Origin: an uncultured Acidobacteriota bacterium
Lineage (GTDB): Bacteria; Acidobacteriota; Thermoanaerobaculia; Multivoradales; JAHEKO01
Assembly (NCBI GenBank): GCA_963713825.1
Contig: CAVQNG010000034.1
Coordinates: 32,001-96,000, forward strand
DNA length: 64,000 bases
Direction of reading: 5' to 3'
A model generated the notes under the pieces. The model saw only the letters and a list, made by a program, of their open reading frames with translations. It did not search any database and had not been told where the DNA came from. Both the position numbers and the translations under genes were made by a program. This document shows positions 17,671-28,669 of the stretch, piece by piece. Numbering within the stretch: position 1 is the stretch's first letter; each line of letters begins with the position of its first letter.

Positions 17671-18477
17671 ATGAGAGGCGGCAACCCGTTCCAGGGTGGC
17701 AGGGGCGGCGGATTCGGTGGGGAATTCGCAGGCCTCACGGGTCCGGTACCACGGGACTTGTGGATCCTTCTGGGTGTCGTCTTCGGCACCTTCACCCTGC
17801 AGTTCTTCCAGGCGACGGCATGGTTGCCCGAACTGCTTCGCCTCACACCCCTGGTCTGGAGAACTGGGTTCCTATGGCAACTGGCGACCTATCCCTTCAT
17901 CGGCACGGGCGCTCCCAATTTCTGGTTCGTTCTCGAGCTGCTGATTCTCTTTCTGTTCGGCCGCAGCGTTCTCAGCCGTCTCGGTAGACGTGGCTTCTGG
18001 AAGCTCCTGCTGTCCTCGACTGTGGTGGCAGGAGTTGCAGCGGCGGTGGTCGGATTGCTCGCGGATTGGATGACCGGGCCAGGACCGCCGCCGGCTTCTA
18101 CTCTGGTTCTCATGCAAGGCCAGCGCATGGTGCTGACGATTCTGATCGCCGCCTTCGCGACGATGAATCAGAACGCCACGATTCTGCTTTTCTTCGTGCT
18201 ACCGATTCAAGCGCGATGGTTCCTTTTCCTGGAAATTCTCTTTGCTTTTCTCGGCTTCCTGGCCACCCATGACCTGGCAGGGTTCATCGGTCTTTGTGTG
18301 GCGGTTGGCTTCACCTATGGTGCTCTGACCGGTTGGCGATCCCAGAACTTCCTGCGCCGTGGCAGATTGCATCTGCAGCAGCAGTGGCTGCGCTTCAAAT
18401 TGAAATGGATGCGAAAGAAACATGGCATCCACGTCGTGCGCGATGACGACGACCCTCGCGGTCCTTGGCTTCACTGA
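17671..18477 (+). CDS. Rhomboid-like membrane protein, apparently lacking catalytic residues
   Basis: WQLATYPF and several TM helices, ILLFFVLPI.ARW; no GxSG motif or TM6 His visible. Confidence 0.7.
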   Translation: MRGGNPFQGGRGGGFGGEFAGLTGPVPRDLWILLGVVFGTFTLQFFQATAWLPELLRLTPLVWRTGFLWQLATYPFIGTGAPNFWFVLELLILFLFGRSVLSRLGRRGFWKLLLSSTVVAGVAAAVVGLLADWMTGPGPPPASTLVLMQGQRMVLTILIAAFATMNQNATILLFFVLPIQARWFLFLEILFAFLGFLATHDLAGFIGLCVAVGFTYGALTGWRSQNFLRRGRLHLQQQWLRFKLKWMRKKHGIHVVRDDDDPRGPWLH

Positions 18478-18630
18478 GCGGCGGGAATTTTCCCTCGATT
18501 GACAGACGTTTGAAGTGATGAGCCGTTCCCGGCAAAGGGCAGGGACTCCAAAGGGATCGGGGAGGATGGGAGGGCGAGCCATTCATTCGAGAAACTCCCT
18601 GCCGCTGCACTTCAGCCACAAAGGAGAGTC

Positions 18631-21183
18631 ATGTCGGATACATTGACGTTACCAGTACTTCCACTCCGGGACACCGTTGTTTTTCCCGGGGTTACGACGC
18701 CCATCGGTGCCGGACGTCCCGGTACCCTGCGGGCAATTCAGGCTGTCTCGAGCTCCAAGGAAAAGCTGGTTTTCGCGGTATCGCAGCGCGAAAACCGCGA
18801 GATGGTCACCCCGGATCGCCTCCACACCATCGGTACCGTGGCGCGAATCGGCCAGCTGCAGAGAGTCACGGGAGGTGTTCAATTCCTCCTGCATGGCGAA
18901 TACAGAGGTATCGCCCTTCGGATCAGTGAATCGAGCGGTGACTACCTGGAGGCTGTCGTTCGCCAAGCGGAGGAAATGTCGCCGAGCGATCCTGCTGACA
19001 CGGCCTTTCTGGCTTTACAGCGAGAGGTCCGCGAAAGGGCGCTCGAGCTGGGGCAGAAGGCGGGATTCCCCGAGGACGTCGTCAAGCAGGTCCTGACTTC
19101 GGCCGAAGACTCGGCTCGACTTGCCGATCTGGTTGCCGCCTATCTGGAGGTGCCTCACCTGGAGCGACAGATGCTCCTGGAGACCCTCTCGGTCGAGGAG
19201 AGGCTGCGCCAGGTGCTCTTGCAGGTGCAGCGTCAAATCGGCGTGCTCGATGCGCAGCAGGACATCAAAAGCAAGGTCCAGCGAGAGCTTGGCGATCGGC
19301 AGCGCGAGATGGTGCTCCGTGAGCAGCTCAAGGCAATTCAAGAGGAGCTGGGAGAGACCGATGGCGATCCTGGAATCGGGGAGCTCAAGAACAGCCTGGA
19401 TGCTCTGGACCTTCCCCCCGAGGCGCAAAAGGAAGTCGATCGGGAGCTCGATCGTTTGGAGCGGATGAACCGTGAGTCGATGGAGCACCAAGTCATTCGC
19501 ACCTACCTGGAGAACGTTGCTGAGCTACCCTGGAACACCCGCAGCGAAGACGATCTGGATCTGCATCGGGCTGCCGACATTCTCGATGAGGACCACTACG
19601 GTCTGCAGGATGTCAAGGATCGGGTCCTGGAGTTTCTGGCCGTTCGCCAGCTGCAATCCGATCGGGAGCTGCGCCAAAAGGAGAAGGCCGAGGACGAATT
19701 GGTATCTGACTCCGAGATCCTGGAGAGCGGGTCCGAAGTCGCCGCGGCTTCGATGGCTGACGAGGCGTCTGAAGACAGTCCAGCCACGGGCGATCGACGG
19801 GTCGAGGAGGACCAGAACGCCAAGGGCCCGATTCTGCTGTTCGTCGGTCCTCCAGGTGTTGGTAAGACCTCGATTGCGAAGTCGATCGCGCGGGCCATGG
19901 GTAGAAAGTACGTCCGCATCTCACTGGGAGGCGCACGTGACGAGGCCGACATCCGAGGTCACCGCCGGACCTACGTCGGGGCCATGCCGGGTCGCATTCT
20001 GAAGGGGATGAAACAGGCGGGCACGAAGAACCCGGTCTTTCTGCTCGACGAGGTCGACAAGCTGGGGGTGTCCTACCAGGGCGATCCAGCGAGCGCCCTC
20101 CTCGAAGTCCTGGATCCGGCCCAGAACGACAGCTTCGTCGATCACTATCTCGGTGTTCCATTCGACCTGTCGGAGGTGCTGTTCGTCACCACGGCCAACT
20201 TCATCCAGAGCATTCCGGGGCCCCTCTTGGACCGCATGGAGATCGTCGAGTTCACCGGCTATACCGAACGGGAGAAGTTGGAGATCGCCAAGCGCTATCT
20301 GGTGCCTCGACAGTTGACCGGCAACGCCCTGGACGAGGGAACTCTGACGATCACGGACGAGGCGCTGGCAGAAGTCATCGCGCACTACACCCGTGAGGCT
20401 GGGGTGCGGCAGCTCGAGCGAGAGATCGGTCGGTTGGCCCGAAAAGTAGCCCGAAAGATTGCCACCAAAGAGGTGGAGACCTTCGAGGTGTCGCCGCCAA
20501 GCGTCACGGACCTGCTGGGCCGGTCGAAGATTCATCCCGAGAAGATGTCGCGCGAAGACCAGGTCGGAGTGGCGACAGGGATGTTCTATACACCCGTCGG
20601 TGGAGACATCATGTTCGTCGAGGTCAGCACCATGCGGGGGAAAGGCGAGCTTGTCCTGACCGGACAGCTCGGCGATGTGATGAAGGAATCAGCTCGGGCC
20701 GCATGGAGCTACGCGCGCTCTCATGCAGCGGAGCTCGACATCCCCGAGGACATCTTCGAGCAAAGAGATGCTCACATCCACTGTCCGGCGGGTGCCATCC
20801 CGAAGGACGGGCCGTCGGCAGGTGTCACGATGGCTACGGCGCTGGTGTCGGCGCTGTCGGGCCGGCCGGCCAGGCACGATACGGCCATGACCGGCGAGAT
20901 CACGCTTTCGGGTCGGGTGCTGCCTATCGGCGGCGTCAAAGAGAAGGTGTTGGGAGCGGTGAGGTCCGGCATTCATCGGATTATTCTGCCTTCCGAGAAC
21001 GAGAGGGATCTCGACGACCTTCCGGAGGATGTCAGGAACAGACTGGAAGTGATCGCCGTCAACGAGCTCGGTGAGGTGCTGGGTCCGGCAATTCAGGGCG
21101 GCTCGTTCGAGGACGGCAAGCTCTTGTTCAGTGAGGTCGAGAATAGCCGACCGGAGCGACCGTCCAAGCAACTCCAGCACTGA
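18631..21183 (+). CDS. lon: ATP-dependent Lon protease
   Basis: [44 protein letters not shown]; AAGGAG SD. Confidence 0.97.
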   Translation: MSDTLTLPVLPLRDTVVFPGVTTPIGAGRPGTLRAIQAVSSSKEKLVFAVSQRENREMVTPDRLHTIGTVARIGQLQRVTGGVQFLLHGEYRGIALRISESSGDYLEAVVRQAEEMSPSDPADTAFLALQREVRERALELGQKAGFPEDVVKQVLTSAEDSARLADLVAAYLEVPHLERQMLLETLSVEERLRQVLLQVQRQIGVLDAQQDIKSKVQRELGDRQREMVLREQLKAIQEELGETDGDPGIGELKNSLDALDLPPEAQKEVDRELDRLERMNRESMEHQVIRTYLENVAELPWNTRSEDDLDLHRAADILDEDHYGLQDVKDRVLEFLAVRQLQSDRELRQKEKAEDELVSDSEILESGSEVAAASMADEASEDSPATGDRRVEEDQNAKGPILLFVGPPGVGKTSIAKSIARAMGRKYVRISLGGARDEADIRGHRRTYVGAMPGRILKGMKQAGTKNPVFLLDEVDKLGVSYQGDPASALLEVLDPAQNDSFVDHYLGVPFDLSEVLFVTTANFIQSIPGPLLDRMEIVEFTGYTEREKLEIAKRYLVPRQLTGNALDEGTLTITDEALAEVIAHYTREAGVRQLEREIGRLARKVARKIATKEVETFEVSPPSVTDLLGRSKIHPEKMSREDQVGVATGMFYTPVGGDIMFVEVSTMRGKGELVLTGQLGDVMKESARAAWSYARSHAAELDIPEDIFEQRDAHIHCPAGAIPKDGPSAGVTMATALVSALSGRPARHDTAMTGEITLSGRVLPIGGVKEKVLGAVRSGIHRIILPSENERDLDDLPEDVRNRLEVIAVNELGEVLGPAIQGGSFEDGKLLFSEVENSRPERPSKQLQH

Positions 21184-21244
21184 GCTGGCCCGCAGATCCC
21201 GTATACTTCCGCCGTCATCGGTATTCTGGTGGGAGAGAGCTGCT

Positions 21245-21922
21245 GTGCGGAATCGATTCATCATGGTGCTGGCAGTGGCGGTTGCAGCAGCCGTCTCGTT
21301 GTGTTCCTCTGCGGGTGCTCAGGAAAAACAGGCCATCAAGCTGGAGAACGCGAGGCTCGTCTACGAGGAGATGGTCGACGCCAAGGAGGGAGGCGTCCCG
21401 TCCAACCTCCGGGCGGAGGCCATGTGTGTCGCTGTCATCCCTCACGTAGTCAAGGGCGGCTTCCTGGTTGGTGGCCGCCACGGCAACGGAGTCATGAGTT
21501 GCCACGATGACGGGGGAATCTGGAGCCCGCCTGTCTTCATCGAGATCAGCGGCGCCAGCTTGGGGCTGCAGGTCGGCGGTCACGCCAGTGACCTGGTGCT
21601 GTTCTTCATGACCGAGAAAGCTGCCCGATCCCTGATGACGAGCAAGTTCACTCTGGGAGGAGATGCCAGCGTCGCGGCGGGTCCAGTCGGCAGGGAGACG
21701 CAGCCAGACTCGGATCCGAATGAAGAAGCGGAAATCTACTCCTATGCCAGGGCCCGTGGGCTGTTCGCCGGAGTCTCACTGCAAGGCAGCCAGCTGGCTC
21801 CTGATCAGAAGGCGATCGAGAGCTACTACGGCGAGCGGATCTTCCCGGAGAAGATCGTCTTCGAACATTGGGTACCGCGGTATCCCCCCGAAGCCAGGGC
21901 CTTCGCGGATTCCTTGCCCTGA
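21245..21922 (+). CDS. Secreted SYLF/Ysc84 lipid-binding domain protein
   Basis: Signal peptide; VIPHVVKGGF.VGG..G.G, WSPP.F, S.GLQVG, ASVAAGPVG, GLFAGVSL. Confidence 0.9.
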   Translation: MRNRFIMVLAVAVAAAVSLCSSAGAQEKQAIKLENARLVYEEMVDAKEGGVPSNLRAEAMCVAVIPHVVKGGFLVGGRHGNGVMSCHDDGGIWSPPVFIEISGASLGLQVGGHASDLVLFFMTEKAARSLMTSKFTLGGDASVAAGPVGRETQPDSDPNEEAEIYSYARARGLFAGVSLQGSQLAPDQKAIESYYGERIFPEKIVFEHWVPRYPPEARAFADSLP

Positions 21923-21986
21923 GTGGCTAGAGGCCCGTGTGTTGGACAAGGTCTGGGAAGGTCTCTAAGGGTGCTGTGAAGGCACC

Positions 21987-22181
21987 TCAGACTCCTTCGA
22001 GCTCCTCGAGGCGCTTTGCAGCTTGTTCGATCTCCGACTTCAGTCGGTCGATCGCGGACTCGACTTCGGCCAGCTGGTCCTGCAGGGATCGCCTCTGGAT
22101 CTCGAGGCGCTTGTCGTGGCTCTGCAGCCAGCGCAGGGAAGTCCGAAGGCGCGCGGCTTCCTCTTGACTCCGGTTCACCAC
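21987..22181 (-). CDS. Small coiled-coil hypothetical protein (64 aa)
   Basis: Heptad-rich sequence filling the gap just downstream of the DUF1566 gene. Confidence 0.55.
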   Translation of the reverse strand: MVNRSQEEAARLRTSLRWLQSHDKRLEIQRRSLQDQLAEVESAIDRLKSEIEQAAKRLEELEGV

Positions 22182-22212
22182 GCCTCGAGACCACCGTTTC
22201 GGATCGACCTCA

Positions 22213-22869
22213 TCATCGTTTCTTGGCCTCTTTCTGTAACTGCTCGATCAGGGCTCGTTCCTCTTCGGGCGGTCTTCGCATGCACAGGGCCCGATGGTCG
22301 TAGGTGTAGGAAAAGGCCCCCGAGAAAGGCTTGCTGAACTGGAAGTTGAAGTTCCACGCAGATTGCCCATCTTTCTTCGTCGAGCTCCACGGACAGCAGG
22401 CAGTCAGCCGGAACTTGGCGGGCAGGTTGTAGGCACCCTGGGCCATCGGTCGGAGCAAAGTCTCCAGATCGTCGAGGCTTGGAAGGGTCCAGTCTTCGAA
22501 GCCCGCCAGTACCAACGCTTTGCAGTAGGTAGCGGCACGGTGCCAATCGACGTCCCGACCGTTATCGGCGGTCGTCCAGAGCAGGCCGGTCGCCGGATCG
22601 AGGTAGACACTGCTGACCTTTTCCTCGACGATCCTCTCCTGCTCGAGAGCTTCGACGATCGAGGCGATCAGGGCACTCGAGACGAACGGGGCCGAGACAG
22701 GGCTCGACTCTACGGCTTCGTCGGATAGGGTCGGCTGGCCGAAGGCACTGGCTGTCGAGCCCATCAGGACGAGCACTTGTAGTGCCAAGGAGCGAAGAAG
22801 GTTGGAACTGAACGGGAGAAGCATGGAGCGGGCTGGTGATCGAGATCGTCGCGAGACGTAGGAGGTCAT
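22213..22869 (-). CDS. DUF1566 (Lcl C-terminal) domain protein; start uncertain
   Basis: DPATGLLW, W..A..YC..L.LAG..DW.LP...L, WSST, AW.FNF, ALCMR. Confidence 0.85.
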   Translation of the reverse strand: MTSYVSRRSRSPARSMLLPFSSNLLRSLALQVLVLMGSTASAFGQPTLSDEAVESSPVSAPFVSSALIASIVEALEQERIVEEKVSSVYLDPATGLLWTTADNGRDVDWHRAATYCKALVLAGFEDWTLPSLDDLETLLRPMAQGAYNLPAKFRLTACCPWSSTKKDGQSAWNFNFQFSKPFSGAFSYTYDHRALCMRRPPEEERALIEQLQKEAKKR

Positions 22870-22915
22870 TGTTCTGACTGGTGCCAGCGGGTGCTGGGTC
22901 TGTCGAAGCGAAAAC

Positions 22916-23134
22916 TCAGATCAGACCACCCAGAGAGCCGGTGAGAATAACCTGACAGTTCGGACAGAGCATGACCTGGCCCCGGCGTGGAAGGCTGGAA
23001 ACGAAGTTCACCTTCGTCCTGAGAATCCGAACTACCAGAAGCGATTCGATCTTCTCTCGACAGTGAGGGCACACAGCAGCGGACTCGAGGGTGAATTCCG
23101 CTTCAATTTCCCGCTCGCCCATTTTCTGATCCAT
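22916..23134 (-). CDS. Small zinc-ribbon protein (72 aa)
   Basis: GAAGGGAG SD before ATG 23134; CPHC...CPNC. Confidence 0.7.
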   Translation of the reverse strand: MDQKMGEREIEAEFTLESAAVCPHCREKIESLLVVRILRTKVNFVSSLPRRGQVMLCPNCQVILTGSLGGLI

Positions 23135-23370
23135 GACAGCTCCCTTCGATCGATGTCGTGCGGCCGAAAGCCAGAGGAACACGTCTCTGCCGCGCTTGGC
23201 CGAGAAGGTCGATTTGCCTGTGATTGTAGCCCATGTTCCTGCTGATCGAGGTGGGTCGATCCGGGGTTGGATTGGTCGCCTCGAGCGACTCTGAGAGCCG
23301 TCGAATCGCCAGTTCGCGCCGGACTCCAGAAGCCGTTCCCTATGCTACGATCATCGGCTCGGTGCCTACC

Positions 23371-24744
23371 ATGAATGGACCTCGGCGAAACGAGTTGATT
23401 GGTGAGACTCTGCGACGATTCGTGCGTCGCGGAGCCTCAGCCCATTTGTCCAAACTCCTGGGCAAGACAAGGCCAGAGGACGTGGCCCTGCAGTTCCCTC
23501 GCCTGACTCCGGCCGAGCAGCTCGAGGTCTTCGAAATCCTCATCGAGGAATACCCCGACAGTGCCGGAGACGTCCTGGTCGAGCTGGAGCCGCAGCAGCA
23601 GCAGGCGGTTATCGAGGCCCTGGACCGTCCGAGGATTGCGAGAGTGTTGTCGAACATGTCTGTCGACGATGCGGTCTCGCTGGTCGATTCGCTGCCTCCC
23701 GAGCTCAGAGATGAGCTGCTCGAGATTGTCGATCTCCGAAACTTGAACGAGCTGCAAACCCATCTGACCTTTGGCGACGACACGGCTGGGCGGTTGATGG
23801 ACACCGCCTATCTGGCGCTCGACGAGGCGATGACCGTAGCCGATGCGATCGGCGAAGTGCAGCGATCATCCGAGCTCGACAACGTCTTCTATCTCTACGT
23901 AGTGGATGGAGAGCACCACCTGGTGGGGGTCACTTCCTTGAGACAGTTACTGCTGTCACGCCCCGAGAGGACGTTGGGAGAGGTCATGACCCGGTCGGTC
24001 ATCAAAGTCCATACAGACACCGATCAAGAGGAAGTCGCGCAGCTGACCGCTCGGTACAACCTGCTGGCAATGCCGGTCACCGACGACTCGAATCATCTGG
24101 CTGGGATCGTGACGCTCGACGACATCATCGACGTCGTCGAAGAAGAGGCCAACGAAGATTTCTTCAAGATGGTCGGTACCACCGATGACGAGCTGGTGTA
24201 CCAGGACCGCTCGTTCAAAGTCGCCGGCTTCCGTCTGCCCTGGCTTTTGATCAACATGGCCGGCCTGCTGTTGGCCGGTGCGTTGATCGGCTTCTTCGAA
24301 GTGACGTGGAAGGAAGCCGCTCTTCTGGTGACATTCTTGCCGGTGGTGATGGGGATGGGAGGTAACATCGGTTCCCAGACATCGACCATAGCGGTTCGGG
24401 GACTCGCCACCGGGCGAATCGTCCTTGGCGAGTCCGTACGTCGCTTTCTCTGGCAACAGTTCAAGGTCGGAACGGTCCTGGCTGTGGTCTGCGCCTTACT
24501 GATCGGCGTCGGTGGCATGATCTGGGGCGCCAGCCCGGCCTATGGTCTGGTCGTCGGTCTCTCTCTGTTTCTGGTTCTGATGCTGGCTTCCGTCAATGGA
24601 GCCATGATTCCGATCGTCTTCGAACGGCTGGGTGTAGATCCCGCGGTGGCAGCCGGTCCGCTGGTGACCACTTCGAACGACATCACCGGGATCCTCATCT
24701 ACTTCGGCCTCGCTTCGATGTTCATCGAGTTCCTGGTGCGATAA
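23371..24744 (+). CDS. mgtE: Magnesium transporter MgtE
   Basis: N-domain, CBS pair (TAGRLM, LYVVD), RLPWL, GMGGNIGSQ, DPAVAAGPLVTT.ND. Confidence 0.96.
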   Translation: MNGPRRNELIGETLRRFVRRGASAHLSKLLGKTRPEDVALQFPRLTPAEQLEVFEILIEEYPDSAGDVLVELEPQQQQAVIEALDRPRIARVLSNMSVDDAVSLVDSLPPELRDELLEIVDLRNLNELQTHLTFGDDTAGRLMDTAYLALDEAMTVADAIGEVQRSSELDNVFYLYVVDGEHHLVGVTSLRQLLLSRPERTLGEVMTRSVIKVHTDTDQEEVAQLTARYNLLAMPVTDDSNHLAGIVTLDDIIDVVEEEANEDFFKMVGTTDDELVYQDRSFKVAGFRLPWLLINMAGLLLAGALIGFFEVTWKEAALLVTFLPVVMGMGGNIGSQTSTIAVRGLATGRIVLGESVRRFLWQQFKVGTVLAVVCALLIGVGGMIWGASPAYGLVVGLSLFLVLMLASVNGAMIPIVFERLGVDPAVAAGPLVTTSNDITGILIYFGLASMFIEFLVR

Positions 24745-24788
24745 AGCCAGGATCACAACGCCAAACCGACGATTACTGAAAATAAGAG

Positions 24789-25580
24789 ATGGAACTACGC
24801 AGCGCAGAAGCGCTTCTCTTGGATGTCGTGGATCTTCACGACTACGATCGCATAGTGACTTTCTTGACTCGAGAGTGGGGCAAGAAGAGGGGAGTGGCAA
24901 AAGGGGCGCGCCGCAAGCACAGTCGATTCGGAGGGCAGCTCCAGCCGCTGGCCCGGGCTCGGGTCGATTGGATGGAGAAGGACAATCGGGATCTGGTGCG
25001 AATTTCGGCAGTCGATCTTCAGCGCAGCGCCCGACAGCTGCAGGAGGACCTCGAAGGACTTCTACTGAGCGCCTATCTGGCCGATCACATTCAGGAATTC
25101 GTGCAGGAGAACGAACCCAGTGACCTGTTCTTTCGATTGTTGGACTCGACAGTGCTGGCGGTAGTCGAGGGGGTAGATCGGGGGCTGGCAACGCGATATT
25201 TTGAGGCCTGGGTTCTCAGGCTGGCCGGGATTTTCCCGGTGCCGGAGCTCTGCCCGCATTGCGGTCGGGTTCTAGAGGCCTCGGGAGTCGTGCTGCTGGC
25301 CAGCGGTGAGTCCATGGTCTGCGCGGCTTGTGGGACAGCAGAAGGAAGAGCCAGGAAGGTCTCGCCCGAGGCAGTGATGTTTCTCCGACGCATCGATGGC
25401 GCCAAGCTGGTGGACATGGATCGCCAGCCTCCGAGGGAGTCGACGCTCGACGAGATCGAGCAAATCTGTACCCTGGTTCGAAGGAGTTTCTTGCAGCACG
25501 AGCTCAGGAGCTACCAAGTCATCCGTGAAACGATTGCGGGGTTGCCTGGCAAGCCGGTGCCCCCTTCCGAGAATCCTTGA
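24789..25580 (+). CDS. recO: DNA repair protein RecO
   Basis: DRIVTFLTRE.GK..GVAKGARR..SRFGG.L; Zn-finger CPHC..CAAC. Confidence 0.92.
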   Translation: MELRSAEALLLDVVDLHDYDRIVTFLTREWGKKRGVAKGARRKHSRFGGQLQPLARARVDWMEKDNRDLVRISAVDLQRSARQLQEDLEGLLLSAYLADHIQEFVQENEPSDLFFRLLDSTVLAVVEGVDRGLATRYFEAWVLRLAGIFPVPELCPHCGRVLEASGVVLLASGESMVCAACGTAEGRARKVSPEAVMFLRRIDGAKLVDMDRQPPRESTLDEIEQICTLVRRSFLQHELRSYQVIRETIAGLPGKPVPPSENP

Positions 25581-25595
25581 GTAGAGAGAAGACAC

Positions 25596-26519
25596 GTGCA
25601 AAGCTTTCAAGAGTTGATTCTTCGTCTTCAGACCTTCTGGGCTGAGCGGGGATGCGTCGTGCAGCAGCCGTACGACCTGGAGGTCGGAGCGGGCACCATG
25701 CATCCAGACACATTCCTGCGGGTCCTGGGACCCGAGCCGTGGAATGTCGCCTACGTCCAGCCCTCCAGACGCCCGGCCGACGCCCGCTACGGAGAGAACC
25801 CTTTTCGGCTCGGCAAGCACTACCAGCTCCAGGTGGTCCTGAAGCCCTCCCCGAAAGACGTACAGGCTGTATACATCGACAGTCTTCGGGCACTGGGTGT
25901 CGATCTCGAGGTTCACGACCTGCGGTTCGAGGAGGACAACTGGGAGGCTCCAACCCTGGGCGCCTGGGGAGTCGGCTGGCAGGTCATGCTGGACGGCATG
26001 GAGATCACCCAATTTACCTACTTCCAGCAGGCCGGTGGAATCGAGTTGAAGCCCATCAGCGCCGAGATCACCTATGGCCTCGAGCGGATCACCATGTTTC
26101 TGGGCTTGTCGCGAAGTGTCTACGATGTCGAGTGGGTGCCGGGCGGCGTGAGCTACGGCCTCGTTCGCCATCAGGACGAAGTGGAGTTTTCGAAGTACTA
26201 CTTTGAAGTAGCCGACGTGGAGTTCTTGAAGATCAGGTTCGACGGCAACGAGAAGGAGGCCGAGCGCTGCCTGGAGGCTGGTCTGGTGTTACCGGCCTAT
26301 GAATGTGCCCTGAAATGCTCGCACCTGTTCAACGTTATGGACGCGAGAGGCGCAGTCTCGGTCACCGAGAGGGTGGCCTTGATCAAGCGGGTTCGCAACC
26401 TGGCGGTGGCCTGCGCGCACGAGTATGTGGCCAGTCGCGAAAGGCTCGGCTATCCATTGTTGGCAAAGGACAGGGGCTCAGCTGGCGTCAAGGAGGAGGT
26501 GCACGATGGCCGGGAGTGA
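25596..26519 (+). CDS. glyQ: Glycine-tRNA ligase alpha subunit
   Basis: [33 protein letters not shown]. Confidence 0.97.
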   Translation: MQSFQELILRLQTFWAERGCVVQQPYDLEVGAGTMHPDTFLRVLGPEPWNVAYVQPSRRPADARYGENPFRLGKHYQLQVVLKPSPKDVQAVYIDSLRALGVDLEVHDLRFEEDNWEAPTLGAWGVGWQVMLDGMEITQFTYFQQAGGIELKPISAEITYGLERITMFLGLSRSVYDVEWVPGGVSYGLVRHQDEVEFSKYYFEVADVEFLKIRFDGNEKEAERCLEAGLVLPAYECALKCSHLFNVMDARGAVSVTERVALIKRVRNLAVACAHEYVASRERLGYPLLAKDRGSAGVKEEVHDGRE

Positions 26520-28620
26520 GTTCCTCCTCGAAGTGCGCTGTGAAGAGATTCCGGCCAGAATGCTGCAACCGGCGATGCGGGAACTGGCGACGCGGCTCTT
26601 CGAAGAGCTCATGGCCTTGAACCTGGCACCCGCAGAAATGGAGACCGGCTTCACGCCCCGGCGACTGATTCTCATGCTCAAGGGCCTACCCTCGAGAGAG
26701 AACGATCGCGACGAGGAGCTTGTCGGACCGCCTGTCAAAGCCGCGTTCGACAACGAGGGTCTCCCGACCCGTGCTGCCGAAGGATTCGCACGAAAATGCG
26801 GTGTAGAGGTCGAAGCCTTGCAACGAAAAGAGACCGACAAGGGAGAGTACCTGGCCGCTACCCGTAGCATCGTGGGTCGGCCGGTGTCCGAAGTCTTGTC
26901 TGAGCTGGTGCCACCCCTTGTCGAGGGACTCGGCTGGGCCAAGACCATGCGCTGGGGCGTTGGCGAAGGGCCCTGGGTGCGACCGATTCACGGTGTCGTG
27001 GCGCTCTGCGATGGCGAAGTCGTGCCGTGCAGCGTCTTCGACGTTACGTCTGGTTCCGAAACTTCGGGTCACGCGGTTCTTTCACCACGGCCGTTTACGA
27101 TTCGTAGCGTCGCCGACTACCGCCGAAAGATGGCCCGGCGACAAATCGTCATTCGGTTCGAAGAGCGTCGTCAGGATCTCCAGCGGCAACTCGATGCTGC
27201 TGCAAAGAGTCTGGGCGGCGAGTTGGTGGCAGATCCGGAGTTGTTGGATCGGCTGACGGCGATTTGCGAGATTCCAGGCACGGTAGTGGGCAGATTCGAG
27301 CCAGCCTTTCTGTCCTTGCCACGTGAGGTGCTGATCACCAGCTTGCGGGACCATCAGAGCGCTTTCACCCTGGAGTCCGGAGGCATGCTGCTACCGAACT
27401 TCATCACGGTGATGGACCGTCCCGACGACCCAAAGGGTCGGGTCAAGGCAGGCAATGAATGGGTCGTGGCGGCTCGCCTCGAGGACGCACGGTTCTTTTT
27501 CAAGGAAGACGGCAAGACGGGCCTCGAGAAGCGTAGAGAGAAACTGGATCACCTCACATTTCACGCCAAGCTCGGTAGTTACGCCGACAAGACGAAGCGA
27601 ACTACCGAGCTGACCAAGGAAATCTGTCAGTCCCTGGAGTGGGATGGCGATCTCGAGGATGCAATCCAGGCGGCGCAGCTGCTGAAGGTCGATCTGACCT
27701 CGGAGATGGTCAAGGAGTTCACTTCCCTTCAGGGCCTCGTCGGGGGTCTGTACGCCGAGCGTGAGGAGTATCCGGTCGACGTGTGGCAGGCGATCTACGA
27801 TCAATACCTGCCGGCTTCCACCGAGGACGCGATCCCACGGGGGAAAGTAGGGCAGGCGACGGCTCTCGCAGACCGCATCGACACCCTGGTGGGAATGTTC
27901 GGACTCGGCCTCATCCCGAGTGGCAGTCGAGATCCGTTCGGGCTGCGCAGAGCGGGGCAAGGAGTGGTTCGAATCCTCCTGGAAGGGGATTTGCCACTGG
28001 ATCTGGATCTGATTGCGGCCAGGAGCGTTTTGCTCTTCGGCGACATCCTGGAGCGCAGCGGCAAGGAGATCCTGTCCGATCTTCGCCTCTTCCTGCAGGA
28101 CCGGGTGCGCCACCTGCTGAGCCTCCGGGGCTATGCCTACGACACCATCGAAGCGGCGCTGGCCGCCGGTAGCTCGAATCTGCCAGACCTTCTGGCACGC
28201 GTCGATGCCGTCCACAAGGTGCGAGAGGAGAAGGACTTTCTCTCGGTGGTGTTGGCAGCCAAGCGCATTGCGAACATTCTTCGGGAGTCCCCGGATCAAG
28301 AGCTCGAGGAGTCTCGGCTAAAAGAGCCTGCCGAACGAGATCTTCATAGCGCCGCCGCATCCTTGCGCAACGATATCGATCAGGCAGAGAACGAAGGAGA
28401 CTATGAACAGGGTCTGCGAGCGATCGCGAAACTCTCAGAGCCGCTGGACAGGTTCTTCGTCGAAGTCCTGGTCATGGATGAGAATCGCGAGTTGAGGAAC
28501 AATCGGCTCGCGTTGCTGCAGAACATCCAGCGCATGATCTCGCGGACGGCGCTTTTGACCGAGGTCGTGGTAGACAAGAGTGAGCATCGTGAGCGCGGGG
28601 AATCCAAATCGTCCATCTAG
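26506..28620 (+). CDS. glyS: Glycine-tRNA ligase beta subunit
   Basis: [37 protein letters not shown]; AGGAGG SD. Confidence 0.96.
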   Translation: MAGSEFLLEVRCEEIPARMLQPAMRELATRLFEELMALNLAPAEMETGFTPRRLILMLKGLPSRENDRDEELVGPPVKAAFDNEGLPTRAAEGFARKCGVEVEALQRKETDKGEYLAATRSIVGRPVSEVLSELVPPLVEGLGWAKTMRWGVGEGPWVRPIHGVVALCDGEVVPCSVFDVTSGSETSGHAVLSPRPFTIRSVADYRRKMARRQIVIRFEERRQDLQRQLDAAAKSLGGELVADPELLDRLTAICEIPGTVVGRFEPAFLSLPREVLITSLRDHQSAFTLESGGMLLPNFITVMDRPDDPKGRVKAGNEWVVAARLEDARFFFKEDGKTGLEKRREKLDHLTFHAKLGSYADKTKRTTELTKEICQSLEWDGDLEDAIQAAQLLKVDLTSEMVKEFTSLQGLVGGLYAEREEYPVDVWQAIYDQYLPASTEDAIPRGKVGQATALADRIDTLVGMFGLGLIPSGSRDPFGLRRAGQGVVRILLEGDLPLDLDLIAARSVLLFGDILERSGKEILSDLRLFLQDRVRHLLSLRGYAYDTIEAALAAGSSNLPDLLARVDAVHKVREEKDFLSVVLAAKRIANILRESPDQELEESRLKEPAERDLHSAAASLRNDIDQAENEGDYEQGLRAIAKLSEPLDRFFVEVLVMDENRELRNNRLALLQNIQRMISRTALLTEVVVDKSEHRERGESKSSI

Positions 28621-28669
28621 GGTCGCTGCAAAGGGCCCATGATCCGTGAACGGAAGTGAGAGGGAAATC

